In this document: piece by piece, positions 47,196 through 59,879 of the stretch
How positions within the stretch are numbered: the first letter of the stretch is position 1
How the letters are laid out: every line of letters begins with the position of its first letter
Assembly (NCBI RefSeq): GCF_000143415.4
Contig: NW_003314322.1
Coordinates: 308,408 to 372,407, forward strand
Direction of reading: 5' to 3'
DNA: 64,000 nucleotides
Source: Selaginella moellendorffii
Taxonomy: Eukaryota; Plantae; Lycopodiophyta
Position numbers and translations under genes: made by a program
The notes under the pieces: model-generated
The model's input: the letters and a program-made list of their open reading frames with translations, nothing else
Told to the model about the DNA's origin: nothing
Databases searched by the model: none

Positions 47196-50089
47196 TTGAA
47201 GCCGAATGGAGGCCGTGACAATCGAGGCCGGACTCGCTGGCGAATGTGCACTGTGTGTGCAGCGGATCGTAGCAGCAAGGCTACTTTGCCACTTACAATT
47301 GGAGAGTGGCGCTGAAATCTCCCGGGACACCAAGTGGGCTGCGTGTGGGTGGCGGAGTGGGCGGTAGAGTTGGCGGCGAAGTTACAAACTGGGTGTGTCT
47401 TGAAGTGGACGCCGATGCACACGAGCGCGATGCGAGCGCGAGTGTGATGCAAGCGCGAGTGGACGCCGATGCACACGAGAAACCTGTAGAGAAGGTAGAT
47501 GAGCGTGAATGTGAGCGTGATCGCGAGTGGGAGCGCGATGCGAGCGCGAGTGTGCGAGCGCGAGTACGAAGCAAAATGCAAAACCTAACCTCACACGCGC
47601 GAAATGTCACAACGGTTGGTAATCCCGCCACGTCATCATTCCTCGGACTTGGGCGCCACCATTAATTTCTGGATTGCCGCGCGCATGCAAGCACGCAAAA
47701 TCCAAAAGAAATCTCCAACATCATCATTCCTCGGACTGCATGCACGCGAAATCCAAAAGAAAGATCATGATTGGGATATCATTTAATACCCTCGCTATAT
47801 TTATACCATGCATGATTGGATATTCCAAAGCATCTTGTATTTCCAAAAATGGCAGATGTTCAGCTAAATAAAGAAATTCTATCTGTTTCTATTTTTCTCT
47901 CAAATCAATATTATAGCGTGTGGGCTCATGCAATTTTGAACCAAGGAAACCCAAAAAACGTTGGACCCAAAATATTTTGAAAAAACCCAAAAAACCCTAA
48001 ACATTTTAAACCCAAAAATCCAGGCGTTCAGTGGCGTTATTCCTTGAATGGCGTGTGGGCGCATGCCATTTTCAGGGCCAAATGTTGAATGGAGAAAAAT
48101 TCCCTTTCAGTGCAAATGCTACAAGAGGCAGATGCCGAGCACAAAGGACTGTAACTACCTCACATGACATAGATAAACTTTTCTCTATTTGGCAAAGATA
48201 AACTTTATAGCGTGTGGGCTCATGCAATTTTGAACCCAAAAAATTCTCGGCGTCATCTGGCATTATCTCTTGAATGGCGTGGGGCCGCATGCCATTTTCA
48301 GGGGCACATAGGAGTATATTCCTAGAATATTCTGACACACGCGAGATTTTTTTGAGTTTTCTGGAGATCCAACCGTTAGATCACAACTAAATTTTACAGA
48401 ATGGTATACAATGTCTTTCTTGATGACCCTGCAAAGAAGCATCACGATCAGACACCACATGAGACCACACGAGCCTTACAATGTTTCAGGGGCATTTGCC
48501 ATAGATCCGACCGTTATTTTGCTCCAAGATTTTACAGTTTGGTGTGCATTGACCTTTCCATCGACACTACAAAGGGACATCACAATTAGATGCGGGATCA
48601 CAAGAAACTAACTTCACTAACTCTGGTTTCACCAAGATCTACGTAAGGAGTTATGAAATGAAAGGACCCTCTCTATTGAAATGTGTTTATGGTCCTAGGG
48701 GCATTGTGACATATCAAAGGATTTTGCATCAAGTTCTGTATTTGCATGTTTATCAAGCTACTGAATTGCTAAACCCTAAACCCTAAACCCTAAACATGTG
48801 GCAAATGCTGCGTGAAGAAAGATGCCCTTTCTGGGCAAATGCTGTAAGAGGCAGATGCCGAGCAGATGTATCTCAGGCTAACGAAGGGGACAAACGAAAG
48901 CTAGCTATAAACATGACGGGATGCAAATAGATTACTAGGCTGGTCCTGCGAAAATCAAAAACCATAATTGAAAACATTGAAAATGCAAAAAGAAAAGTTT
49001 ATAATATTTTTGAATTTTAAGCAACCAAAGGAATGTAAGTAGGGCATGTGTTTGTAAGTTTAAAAATGCCTCAACCACTTAAATTCCCAAGTAAATAAAG
49101 CTGTTTCTATTTTTGGTACAGGTAAACTTTATAGCGTGTGGGCTCATGCAATTTTGAACCCAAAAATGCACCAAAAAATGCTCGACTAGCATTATTCTTT
49201 GAATGGCGTGTGGCCTTATATTGCCATAAATGGATGTACACACACAGCATAATTATTCCTTTACACGGCGAATAATCTTGGCGCGGATCGCTGACATGGC
49301 ATGGCAAAGTTCGAATCACTGACATGGCACAGCTGGATCGAGGCAAGGACATGATGTGACAAAGTTCAACCTCCGACAGCAAAGTCTAGAAGCTACTCAG
49401 TTTGAAATTTGTCAGAGGAATCATAAAATCTGGTTTGTCAGAGGATTTGATGTGACGTTCAAGCGTGTGTTATTTTTGAATTCTCGAACTCATTCCTAGG
49501 TCTATCATTTTTGTGTGCCGTGTTCTTGGTTCCGCTGAGCGCAGTGAGCGCTGCTTGTGTAAGCGGCGTTGTGGGCTGTGGTTTATGCGTCTACGAGCGG
49601 TTGCGGCATTGCGAGCGCCATTGCGAGCGGCAGTTTATGCGAGTGGCAGTTTGTGCGAGCGACGCTACGAGCAGTTGCGGTGTTGCGAGCGGCGCTACGA
49701 GTAGTTGCGGTGTTGCGAGCGGCACTGTCTTTGGTGTGGCTACTGCTTCCTCTTGATATTCGGCACTTGTGCTTCCTGGTATGTTCACCATGGAATGGCT
49801 TAGGACCACATTTAGAAATGGCATGAGGCCACATGCCATCTTGGGCCCTTGCAATTTCATGGCTAGCGTATTGTCATGTATGTTTTTACTTGCCTGCAGC
49901 TGTGTGTATATCAAGATGGCATGAGGCCTCATGCCAATTTTGTGAATGCGAAATTTCACGTGGGTGTCAATAGCATGTTTGAATAATGGCATGTGGCCTC
50001 ATGCTATTGAGGTTGTTTGGTATGTTATGATTTAGGCCATTCTCCAATCATTTTTTGTATGGTCTTAACTTCTTTTCTGCACTTTCAGA

Positions 50090-53000
50090 ATGGCCTTCAG
50101 GGTTGGGGAAAAGGTTTACATTTTGAATGGTGGGAAGAGAGTTGCAAAAGGGACCCTTGTGTCTATGGATCGGAACTTTGTTATACACTGTCAAAGGCTT
50201 GGGGAAGGCAATGCTGCTGTATCAGTAGAGACTGTCTTCGATGGGAATGTGGTCGCTATTGAACGAGGAGAGATGGTCGTCGGGGTAAATGTTGTTGTTG
50301 CCTTGAAAAATCTTCAAAAGAAAGCAGATGTTGGGGACAGTGCAAGTGCGACGCATGTTCCCTCCGTGGATCTTAAGAACCGTGCTACATGGATTCAGGC
50401 GAAGGTGTTTCTAAACAACCCCGAGGGGGAGGTGGTAGCTGAGGGCTTAGCCACAGTTGTCGATCCAAGAGATGCGGTTGCTAATCAAGAATTGGGCTGG
50501 GATGATATTGGAGTAGCGATTTTAGAGGTTGTTGACACAGAAGAAAACAGTCTGACTATTGGAAGCATTGTGCGGTGGAAATTGAGGCACTTAGTGTTTG
50601 AGAATGTGAAAGATTCACAATCAAACACCACTACAACTGATGATAAAACATCTCTTCATGGGAAAAGAAAGTACACCTTCCTAAAGCACAGCCAAAGGGA
50701 TCTGAGCAACGAACCGAAAAGGCAGAAAATGGCGATGGAGGTTCGAATGGTCTCGACAGTTGCTTGTTGCAAGAGGAGGTGCTGTCAACATGCTGATTGG
50801 GATGCTATTGAAGAGGAGAGAGCAAGATACAAAACATTGTCCTGGAAGGCAGCTCGCAATTTTGTGTATGAGGCATTACGGTCATCTGTTGATGCTTCAG
50901 AACATCAGGTGGGGGGCATGGTCTTTTAGAGGGGTTTGGTCTGCATGAAGGCATGGAGAATCATTTATGGAGTCCCTCGAACCACATTCTACAGAATCAA
51001 AACTGAGTTCGAGGAACAAAGGGTTCAACAGGCAGTCTATGGGAACGACGGTACGCACAAAACCAGGGGTCATGTTGTATATGGAGAGGCAATCTTCAAG
51101 AGGTTTGTCGAGACATGTAGCGAGCAGCAACCACATCAAACCCGCCTCTTAGAAGATGGAACACGAGACACCCAACGAGTTCTCCCTTCCATGTATACCA
51201 AGGGGGCCATATTGGAAGATGTGAATCGGGAACTCCAGAGTAATGGCTACAGGAAGCTGAGCCAATCTAGATTTAGTAGATTGTGGAGTAACAGGTTCAG
51301 GGATGTGAGTATAGGAAAGTACTCCAGCTTTTCTTGCAGCGCTCAAGAGCGAGAGACGTTGGTTAGAAGGCGGCTCGACCACAACATCGAGCAGAGAAGC
51401 TGCAGGACTGCATATTATCATAACAGGATTCTCTCCATGGAGAGACCTGACTCTTACCTCTGCATCATCCACGACAAAATGGACCAGAAAAAGACGTGCT
51501 TACCTCGACTCAATCCTGCCCCCAAGGCAATCTTTTCATCCATGCAGCTGCCTGTGTCTCTGTTTGGCATAATCGCTCATGGGCATGGTGCCCAGAACTA
51601 TGGGAACTTCTTTGTACCTCTATGGGGTGGCGGGGGTGCAAACATGATGATTGCGTCCCTAGCAAAACACTTAAGGTCTCTGCAAAGTGCGCAGACTGAG
51701 CTGAACGGCCAACCCTTGCATAAGGCCCTTGTCGATCGAACCCCATACAGGGTTCAGCTGGAGGAGGAGCAAAGGCTTGCAGTATCGCGTGGGGCCCCAT
51801 GCCATCCCAGTGAATATGTTGGCCGTCAGATTGTAGGGTTATCACGTGAGGCCTCATGCCATTCCGACGAGGCTGGTCGCCCGGTGAATGCACAGCCTCA
51901 TCCAAACGAAGTAGAATCTCAAGGAAGTTCTTGCGGCCGATGTGGCCTTCCACCCCATCTTCTGCTCCAAACAGACAATGCTAGCAGTGAGAACAAAAAC
52001 ATGTACGTCTTCGCGTACTTGGCGATACTTGTTGCCAAAGGCATATTTGAAATGGTTACACTTGGCTTTCTCATGGTTGGGCACACTCATGAAGACGTCG
52101 ATGCCATGTTCAGTCACCTGGCAGAGTCCCTCCGGCGATCCAATGTCCTCACCCTCCCACAACTCTACGATGAATTCCAAAATTGCATCAAAGGCACTGT
52201 TGAAGCTGCACTTCTCACAGAGGTTCCAGACTTTAAGGGGTTTGTAAGAGGCTACATCAGGGACGGATCCGAAACGCTGATTGGCCACTCCAAGCCTCTT
52301 CAGTTTCATTTCAGCATGTGTGACGGTGCTCCAGTGATGAGGTACAAGATGAGAGAATGGGACACAGTGTGGCTGCCAATGGACGGCATTGAACTCTTCA
52401 AGAGAGATCCCATAACTGGGGAACCTATGATTCCTCAGGGTTCCCCACGGCCGATGCACCCGGATGGACTCAAAGACCAGGAAAGTATAGTGGCCGGGAT
52501 TAGACAGCATATTGCCTTCTGGAAGAGGGGGTTGGTGTTTGGTGGAGAATCTTATTTTCAGAGGTGCAAGCCTTTGCTCGAATACTGGGAGAAGATTATA
52601 TCTGCTATCCAAAATGGGCCGGTTGTATATGAAGAATTGGAAGAGTCCTTTTGGCCAGAACCCAAAGCACCAGATAGTAACGGAACAATGTCCTCTGGAA
52701 ATGCAGTGACAGATAACGATGTTGAGGATCACTATTGTGGGCCGAGGAACAAGAAGTCGGATTCAGCATTCAATCCAGTACAGGTCTGCAAAGGAATGGT
52801 CGTGCTTGTCAAACCCAGTAATAAAAAACAAATGATATGGGTGGGGCGCTGCATCACTGATGCAGAGGAGGACGCGGAAACTAACTCCTTCAATGTAACT
52901 GTGGAGTGGTTCAAGCCAAGTTCTAGATATACGAAGGATTGCCTAGAAAAGAGATGGGTGCTGAATCCAAGGGATCCCAGCATGAGCATATCGGTGGATA

Positions 53001-53110
53001 ATGTTGTGCATGGTTGGATGCGGAAGTAGAGTGCCACCATCACCTTGCCAAACCATGCAAGAGATGCAGCAAGAGCATTCATAACCCGGGTTCAAGGTGA
53101 GATTCATTAA
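50090..53110 (+). pseudogene. Sola1-like transposase, copy 2, inactivated
   Basis: CAG>TAG stops at 50927 and 53027; 48-bp in-frame deletion removing KCDECTAIKMALSKNS. Confidence 0.88.
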
Positions 53111-56100
53111 TATTCCTTTACTAAGTTTCTAATGTATTTTATTTCAAGGTGAACAATCCGAATCTGAATCAGAGGAGGCGTGATGGCATGTGGCCTGAGA
53201 TGATGTGACATATGCATTTACCAATCACATGTGCATAAATCTAATAATATGGCATGTGGCCCATATTAATGGCACATAAACCCATATTGTGGGCTTACGT
53301 GCTTTATGTACCATCATTCCCTTGCAGCGTGTGTGTTGGTTTCCTTTTATAACACAACGAACTCCATATTTTAGGGTGAAGAGCGTTCTCATGGCAAGCA
53401 CAAAATCTGTAAGTGAGGCAGAAAAGGAGACGAAGAAGGAGATAGGTGAAGATGTAGAATATATAAATCTTCCAAACTCCCCGTACTATACTCCAGGTGA
53501 TCATTTTTCTGAACAAATGGCAACATTAACAACTATCGAGAACGCCCCAGTAACGTCAGAGACAACAATCCAAAGCAAAACAACTGACCCGGAGAAGGAT
53601 GATAGTACCACTGAGAGTACCAAAAAGGAGGTGTCCACTAGCGCTTAGGCTTATAATGGCGTGTGCCCTCATGCCATTTACTTGATCACCAAATACCTTT
53701 TTCCCTTTGCACTAGTATATCTTAATACCGGTCTGAGAAATAGAATGGCATGTACCCTCAGGCCTTTTACTAAATCACCTTTGAAAGAAATGCAAGCCTC
53801 TATGTCGTAAAAAAAAGGTACTAGAGAAATTCCTTAATAATATGAATGTTATTTAGTTTCATGAAAATACACTAAGGGTCAAATGAGTTAAATGACTTCT
53901 CCAGACTAGCAATGCCTCTTGCTACACCTTCACAATTAGATTCGTTAGAAAAAGATAACATTGAATAATATCTAAATGTTCTCACCATTAAGTTATATGT
54001 CTGGCTAATAGGAATGACGTTCATCTTAGAAAGCTCACCACACGCTCAATGAACAAACAAATAGTGTGTGCGCGCATGCCATCGCTCTTCTTTAGCTTCA
54101 GATTCGGCTTGTTCACCTTGACAATGAGATTTATTATACAACCAGATGGACTCAGTCTGGACATAAAGTCACCGCGCTAGTCACCATGCCCTAGATATGT
54201 CTAGCCCCTGGACAAAAAACATATAATTTCACGTCATTTTCAAATACTTGAAAATTTGTACCTAGTCCCATTTTACTGAATAAATCCCACTTTAACGAAA
54301 TAGAGCTTATTTTATTCTGCTGATTATTGCTTGAGTTAGTTCTGATAGATTGGGATGTTATTTCTTTTGGGTGATACATTCACGAACATTGTGTTTGTCA
54401 GTCAATGATACTTTGTGTTCTTTGAGTTATCTTTAGTAAGTTATTTGGCATACTATATACCATCTTCAGTAGTTAAGTTTTATCATTGAGTTTTCTTGAT
54501 GATATGTTGGCTATTGAATTTTGTTGGATGGTGAATCCTATGTTTACCAATTATGATGATCTTGGTGGTTCCTATACTATAATACTGGTTTATCGGATGA
54601 TAAATTAATTGGAATACTTTTATGTTCTAATCTAAGATATAGTCACTAGTAATTAAGTCTCTATGATATCATTGTCTATGACTTTGATATTGTCCATGTA
54701 TTGATCTTTGAGTTTGGGCCAGTATAGGCAGACTGGCTTCGGCACTTCATGTGCATGTTGAAATCTCTAGTCATGGGGTAGCTACTGTCGACTGGTCATA
54801 TCACCCACCTCTCTGTTGATGTTCTTTATTCTGTTAAAAGGGCATGACCGTGTAAACAACTCTAACTGTCTGTTTACAGTAGTCTATCTAAACCTTACCA
54901 ACAGGTTTGGTTTCTTTGCTCATGAGGGTTCGGGCCTCTAGCTTCTCTCTTTATGTCCTTGCAGGCAGGGGTGTATCGCACTTTTGTAAGCTGGGTGACA
55001 CCCAAAGCAGCAAGGGTGGCTGACTCTGTTGGTCATTTCCTTGTCGGCGACGGCCGAAAGGTGTCTGAGTTGGTAGCACATCCGCGTTAGACATAGAGGT
55101 TCCCATAGTTAGACATAGAGGACATAGTTGGTGCATTTCTCACATAGTGTGAATACCGTGAACTTTTTCTAGAGTTGTTTCCTTGGTAGTATTCTAGACT
55201 CGAGTATGCATCGACGAGGACATCAATCTTCCCTAAGGGGGGAGAGTGTTGTGAATGTGATTTCAGGTATCGAAAGTTATCTATCGGCCAATCCTTACAG
55301 ACACTCTTTCCTTACTGCCACGATGGTAGGAGGTCGGTATTGCTGGACCCGTTATCAGTTTCCCACTTGAGTTAGTTGAGAAAATGGTCAATGACTGTGT
55401 ACTTAAATTGGATAAACATAAGGTAGGAATCCTATGTGTTTTTTGCTGAGCATACTTGGCCTAGTTTGAGAAACTCTTGTTATTGGCTTGCACTTGCTGG
55501 TATAAAGAACCCCCACGATATTGAGCTTGGTCCCTCAATATTGCTAAATGATAACTTACCATGTTTACCAAACACCCTCGCTATCATGCTTTTTGTGTTA
55601 GTCTCATTTTGGTCTCAAATGCTATTTATGGAAAGTGTCTAGATTTGCTCATTTGGCATATCTACGGAATGTAGAGATTGTTCTGAACACAATTGTGTTC
55701 GTCCCGTGTCCAAATTCGCAATTGAGCACCATTCCATATTTAATAAGTTTCGAGCTTGTCCCAGAAACTAACTCTTAATACTAAGGGAGGCTTGGGGTGA
55801 AAGCCCAAAGCGTGTGTTCCTCAAGAGAGGGGGGTTGTGGGGGGTTCCAAATGTATAGTAGGGATAGTGGGTAGGTCGGGCATGGCCAACCAACCTGAGG
55901 CATAGTCTAGCTCTCATTTGCATGCCTATCTTTGTTTTGCGTCCGTCTTGGGTCTAAGCCCAAGTTCCATTCCATGCTAGTTGGTGGAATACCCATATCC
56001 TTGCGTTAAGCCACTAGTATGCTAAAATAGTGCCAGACTTCATTTGGCTCCGTTTTGCGTGCTAGTCCTGGCATTGGGATCTGGTTGCTCTAGGACTATT

Positions 56101-56118
56101 CCAAATTGTTTTGGGCTT

Positions 56119-57822
56119 CAACTACCTTCAAGATCCAATGTGAAGCCAAAACACTAACAAGAAAAATAATATGGAAAATCAAGATCTAAGGAAAATTCCT
56201 CATCACTCGAAATAACAATACCACTTCCACTAACTCAAATGCTAACAATGTCAATGCCTCAACTACACACCTTTTCCATTTGACTATCTACTCAAAGTGC
56301 TAACGGATAAACCAACAAGTCATAGCAAATGAATGATATAACCCTCTCCTAACACCTCAATGGGCAAACTCAAGGAGCTAAGGAACCAATTTAAACTTAG
56401 CATAATGGTCCATCATCGAGAATTTAGTCAAAGCTACTACATTACTACTATATGTAAGTAGACTAGCTTCACCATCAACCACTTTAGGGTTGATCATTGT
56501 TTAACCAAGTAACTTCTTAAACACATTACTCACGATCACATAGATATGATATAAGTATCACAATGACTTAATCATCAATTAAGTAACACTATGAGCAACA
56601 CCTATATCATTACTACAAAGTTTTATGTGAGTATCAAATGCCAACTCGATTCAACAAAATGCAACATAAATGCCACACCCCACTGATAGAGATTTACAAC
56701 ACCGAATACCACCAACTTTTGTTCACAACACAAACAAACTCATGCCACTCTCTTTTTGACCAAACTCAAAACTAACCTAACACCAAGCTACTTAAGGAGC
56801 AATAGCAAAGTTCCCCGAAAAAAAATTGAATATTGCAACTCAAGCCTTTCAATAGCAAGCCTAGACAAAATGGTTTAACGCTTCATCGCTATCCATCCCA
56901 AGACTCACCACTTGTAAAACCATCATAACTAATATGCATCAAGATAGGGACTCTTAATTGCATAATGTGAACACAAGCAATGAGTCAACACCTCGTTGCA
57001 AATCATCTCTCCAAGAAGAGAAGATGATTTACATATTTGATCCTTCCTTCCTGATAACTCTCTTTTTGGTCTCATCTTTGACCAAACCTCAAGTTTGCTT
57101 TCGCACTACCTTCAGTCCATTTCAAGAAAATTTTATGAGAGAGCATGGCAATAACTACTTGAACCAATAGTGTAATCCCTACAGTCTTGATTGATTCACT
57201 CGTAATCAAGCCTAGGAAGGATCAATTAGTGCTATGCTAAACAACTATAAACCAGTTTATTTGCCACTCATAGCAAACCTAAGGGAGGTTTACTTTCACC
57301 CATGGTGCATAGAACAACTCATGGAACCACTAATAGGCTAATTTGCACGAGTTTGCGCTTGGGCTTGTGAGTGAGGCACATTAGTAACTCAAGGTTACAT
57401 TTTGAGCTATCAGAACCAATGACTTAGAACAGTCCTAGAGTAACTAGTGTCCCAATGTGTCGCGAATGTGACTTCGGGTATCGAAAATTACCTATCTACG
57501 TGAGCGTGATCGCGAGTGGGAGCGCGATGCGAGCGCGAGTACGATGCAAAACCTAACCTCACACGCGCGAAATTAGAACATCTCTGTCCACCTTATGAGC
57601 CCAAGAGCAAGCTCATAAAATATGGTACAAAAAGGTAACCAAAATCCATACCTTTTAGAACGAATGCAAAGTCTTTGGATGCAAATAAGTACCCACTCAA
57701 ATCATCATTTTCATTTTTGCATATGTAATAAGACTAGTTGCCCAATCCTATTGGATAGTACTCGTTGAGACTTATCCTCTAATACCAAATGTAACACATG
57801 TGGTTTTTACCCTTTATCCTCA
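56119..57822 (-). mobile_element. Family-C element fragment in inverted orientation (internal region, PBS ~57777-57788, LTR end), rearranged
   Basis: Reverse-complement homolog of 37320-38530 and of 30240-30460. Confidence 0.65.
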
Positions 57823-58189
57823 ATCAAAAATCTTAATATGACTTTGACGGTCATCTAGAATACATGAATTCATATGCTACTCCTCTTTAGCAGCATCGAT
57901 AGATAGAAAATGCCTCTACTTTAGCTGAGAGTAGTGGAACATAAAACAACTAGATTGATTCCTCACAAAAGAAAAAATAACTAAATTTATAGCTCTTACG
58001 CTTTGACAATGATCCAGGTTCCTTTACGAACCAAACACCTATTTTTACATATAATAGTTTCAAAATAGAGCATTTCCTATTAAATTGTAATAAACATAAT
58101 GGCAATTGCAAGAACAGCAATAGGCATCGTCATCACATATCTATCCTTTTCTGGAATTAAAGAAGAGGTTTAAAGGTTTAGGATTTAGG

Positions 58190-59090
58190 GTTACTGCATA
58201 TTGAGCAATACACAAAAGCAATTAAGCTCAATCAAGCAGATGGGTAAGAAAAGAATACTTTCCCCTATACGCTCAAAAATAAAGCCAAAAACTGGTACTA
58301 TGGCAATAATGTCAAAAAACTTGGCATATTTGATGACTAGACAAAATTTTTCCTTAAAGATTTCTTTATGGAAATAAATCCAAGATAAAACTATGATGAG
58401 TTGCAAAAGTTTCGTCAAGGAAAGTTTGAGACAATAAAGGAATATGCAACTCGATTTAACAAACGTTATAATCATTATAAGGACTTAGTGCTAAACAAAA
58501 TGCATCTATGTCTATATATACAAAGCCTTAAAAAAATTTATAGTGAACATGAACATTTGAAAAAAGCCATATTGCTTACTAAGATCTCATAAAACAATAT
58601 AATATGGTAGATATGGTAAATTTAGATGAAAGGACAACTTCTATAGATAAGGAAATTAGTCATTTAAAAAGCCTCAAATTGTAAATCGATCTCAAACAAG
58701 GGATTTGATGTATTAGATGCAAAAATGAAGGCCATAATAAGGAAGAATACAAACTTCAACTAATGAAATGCTAAATTTATGAAAAAGAGGGGTATTCAGT
58801 TAAAAAATGTAGAACCTTGTTTAAACAACCAAGATGCCAACAAACAACCTGAGTTAATAAAGCAACATATAGACAAAGTTATCCACTTGACGATAAAAGT
58901 TATCGTAGGAAGAATGATTACAATGATAATTAAAGCACCAAACTTGAATACCCACGTGCTAAAAGGTAAGATGATTATGAGGATTATTTGCCTAGGGGTA
59001 ATTTTCAAGATTATCTACCTAGCCGTGAGGAAAATAAACCTAGAGACTATAATTAGCTTAGAGAATACAATCAATTTAGAGGTTACACTA
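58190..59090 (+). pseudogene. Highly decayed retrotransposon gag-like sequence
   Basis: QKFRQGKFETIKEYATRFNK resembles the gag major-homology-like motif Q..E...EY..RF. Confidence 0.5.
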
Positions 59091-59093
59091 GTG

Positions 59094-59285
59094 ATTGTGG
59101 ATGGTGAACCTGAGTATGAAGCTGAGTCTATCTTGGATTCTCGATTTTGAAGACGGGCTCGTGTGAAGGAATATCTCGTTAAGTGGAAAGGTTACCCGAC
59201 TTGTGAATCAACTTGGGAACCTCTTAGTAATCTTACCCATACTCATGAGCTTGTCATGGAGTGTGAGAATAGTAATAAAAAATAG
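59094..59285 (+). pseudogene. Chromodomain (chromovirus integrase C-terminus type), one internal stop
   Basis: IVDGEPEYEAESILDSRF*RRARVKEYLVKWKGYPTCESTWEPLSNL. Confidence 0.88.
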
Positions 59286-59879
59286 CTTTCGTAAACCTTG
59301 TAATAAATCTTGCAAATCAATAGTGTAATCTATTTCTATAAATCAAAGTTTCATTTCTCTCGTTCGTAAGTACTTGGGTTAGTTTTGGCAGGCTGACTTC
59401 GGCACTTCAATACATGGGTCCAATCCATAACCATGAGGATAGCTCTTATAGACTGATCACAAGTCCCCACCTCTCTCTCGATGACTCATTTTTGAAAAGG
59501 GGTGTGGTTGTGTAAACAACTTCATCTGCTAATTTATAATAGTTGTCTAAATCTTCCCGATGGGGTTGATTTCTTGCTTAGGGGAAGTTGGGCCTTTGGC
59601 CTTCTCCCTATGTCTCTGTAGGCAAGGATGTATCATTCCTTTGTAAGCCAAGTGGTACTCGGAGCAGCAAGGGTGGCTAACTCCATTAGTTATTTCCATG
59701 TCGGTGACAGCTGGAGGGTGTTTTAGTCTTAACGTCTTTGGACATAGAGAGGAGGTAGTTCCATAACACATTTAAGTTGGTGTGTTCTTCATATAGTGTG
59801 ATTTCTGTTAACTTTTGGAGTTATTTCCTTGATAGTTTGCTAGACTCGGGTATGCATCGACGAGGACATCAATCCCCCC

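Larger units (their letters stand above)
41057..54308. mobile_element. Sola1-like TIR DNA transposon, copy 2 (13,252 bp)
   Basis: Same 24-bp TIRs (41057-41080 / 54285-54308); TSD ATTC/ATTT (41053-41056 / 54309-54312); colinear with copy 1, same orientation. Confidence 0.93.
29120..56118 (+). mobile_element. Family-C non-autonomous LTR element: 5' LTR 29120-30268, PBS 30271-30281, PPT 55235-55246, truncated 3' LTR 55247-~56118; hosts a family-A element and DNA transposon copy 2
   Basis: TG...CA LTR, TGGTATCAGAG PBS, AAGGGGGGAGAG PPT, matching LTRs; internal region T/G-rich with no long ORF. Confidence 0.75.

Noticed and set aside
12358-54308. The two 13-kb copies as a segmental duplication or giant LTRs
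   Set aside because: Homology stops exactly at the TIRs; each copy has its own TSD and a different host sequence
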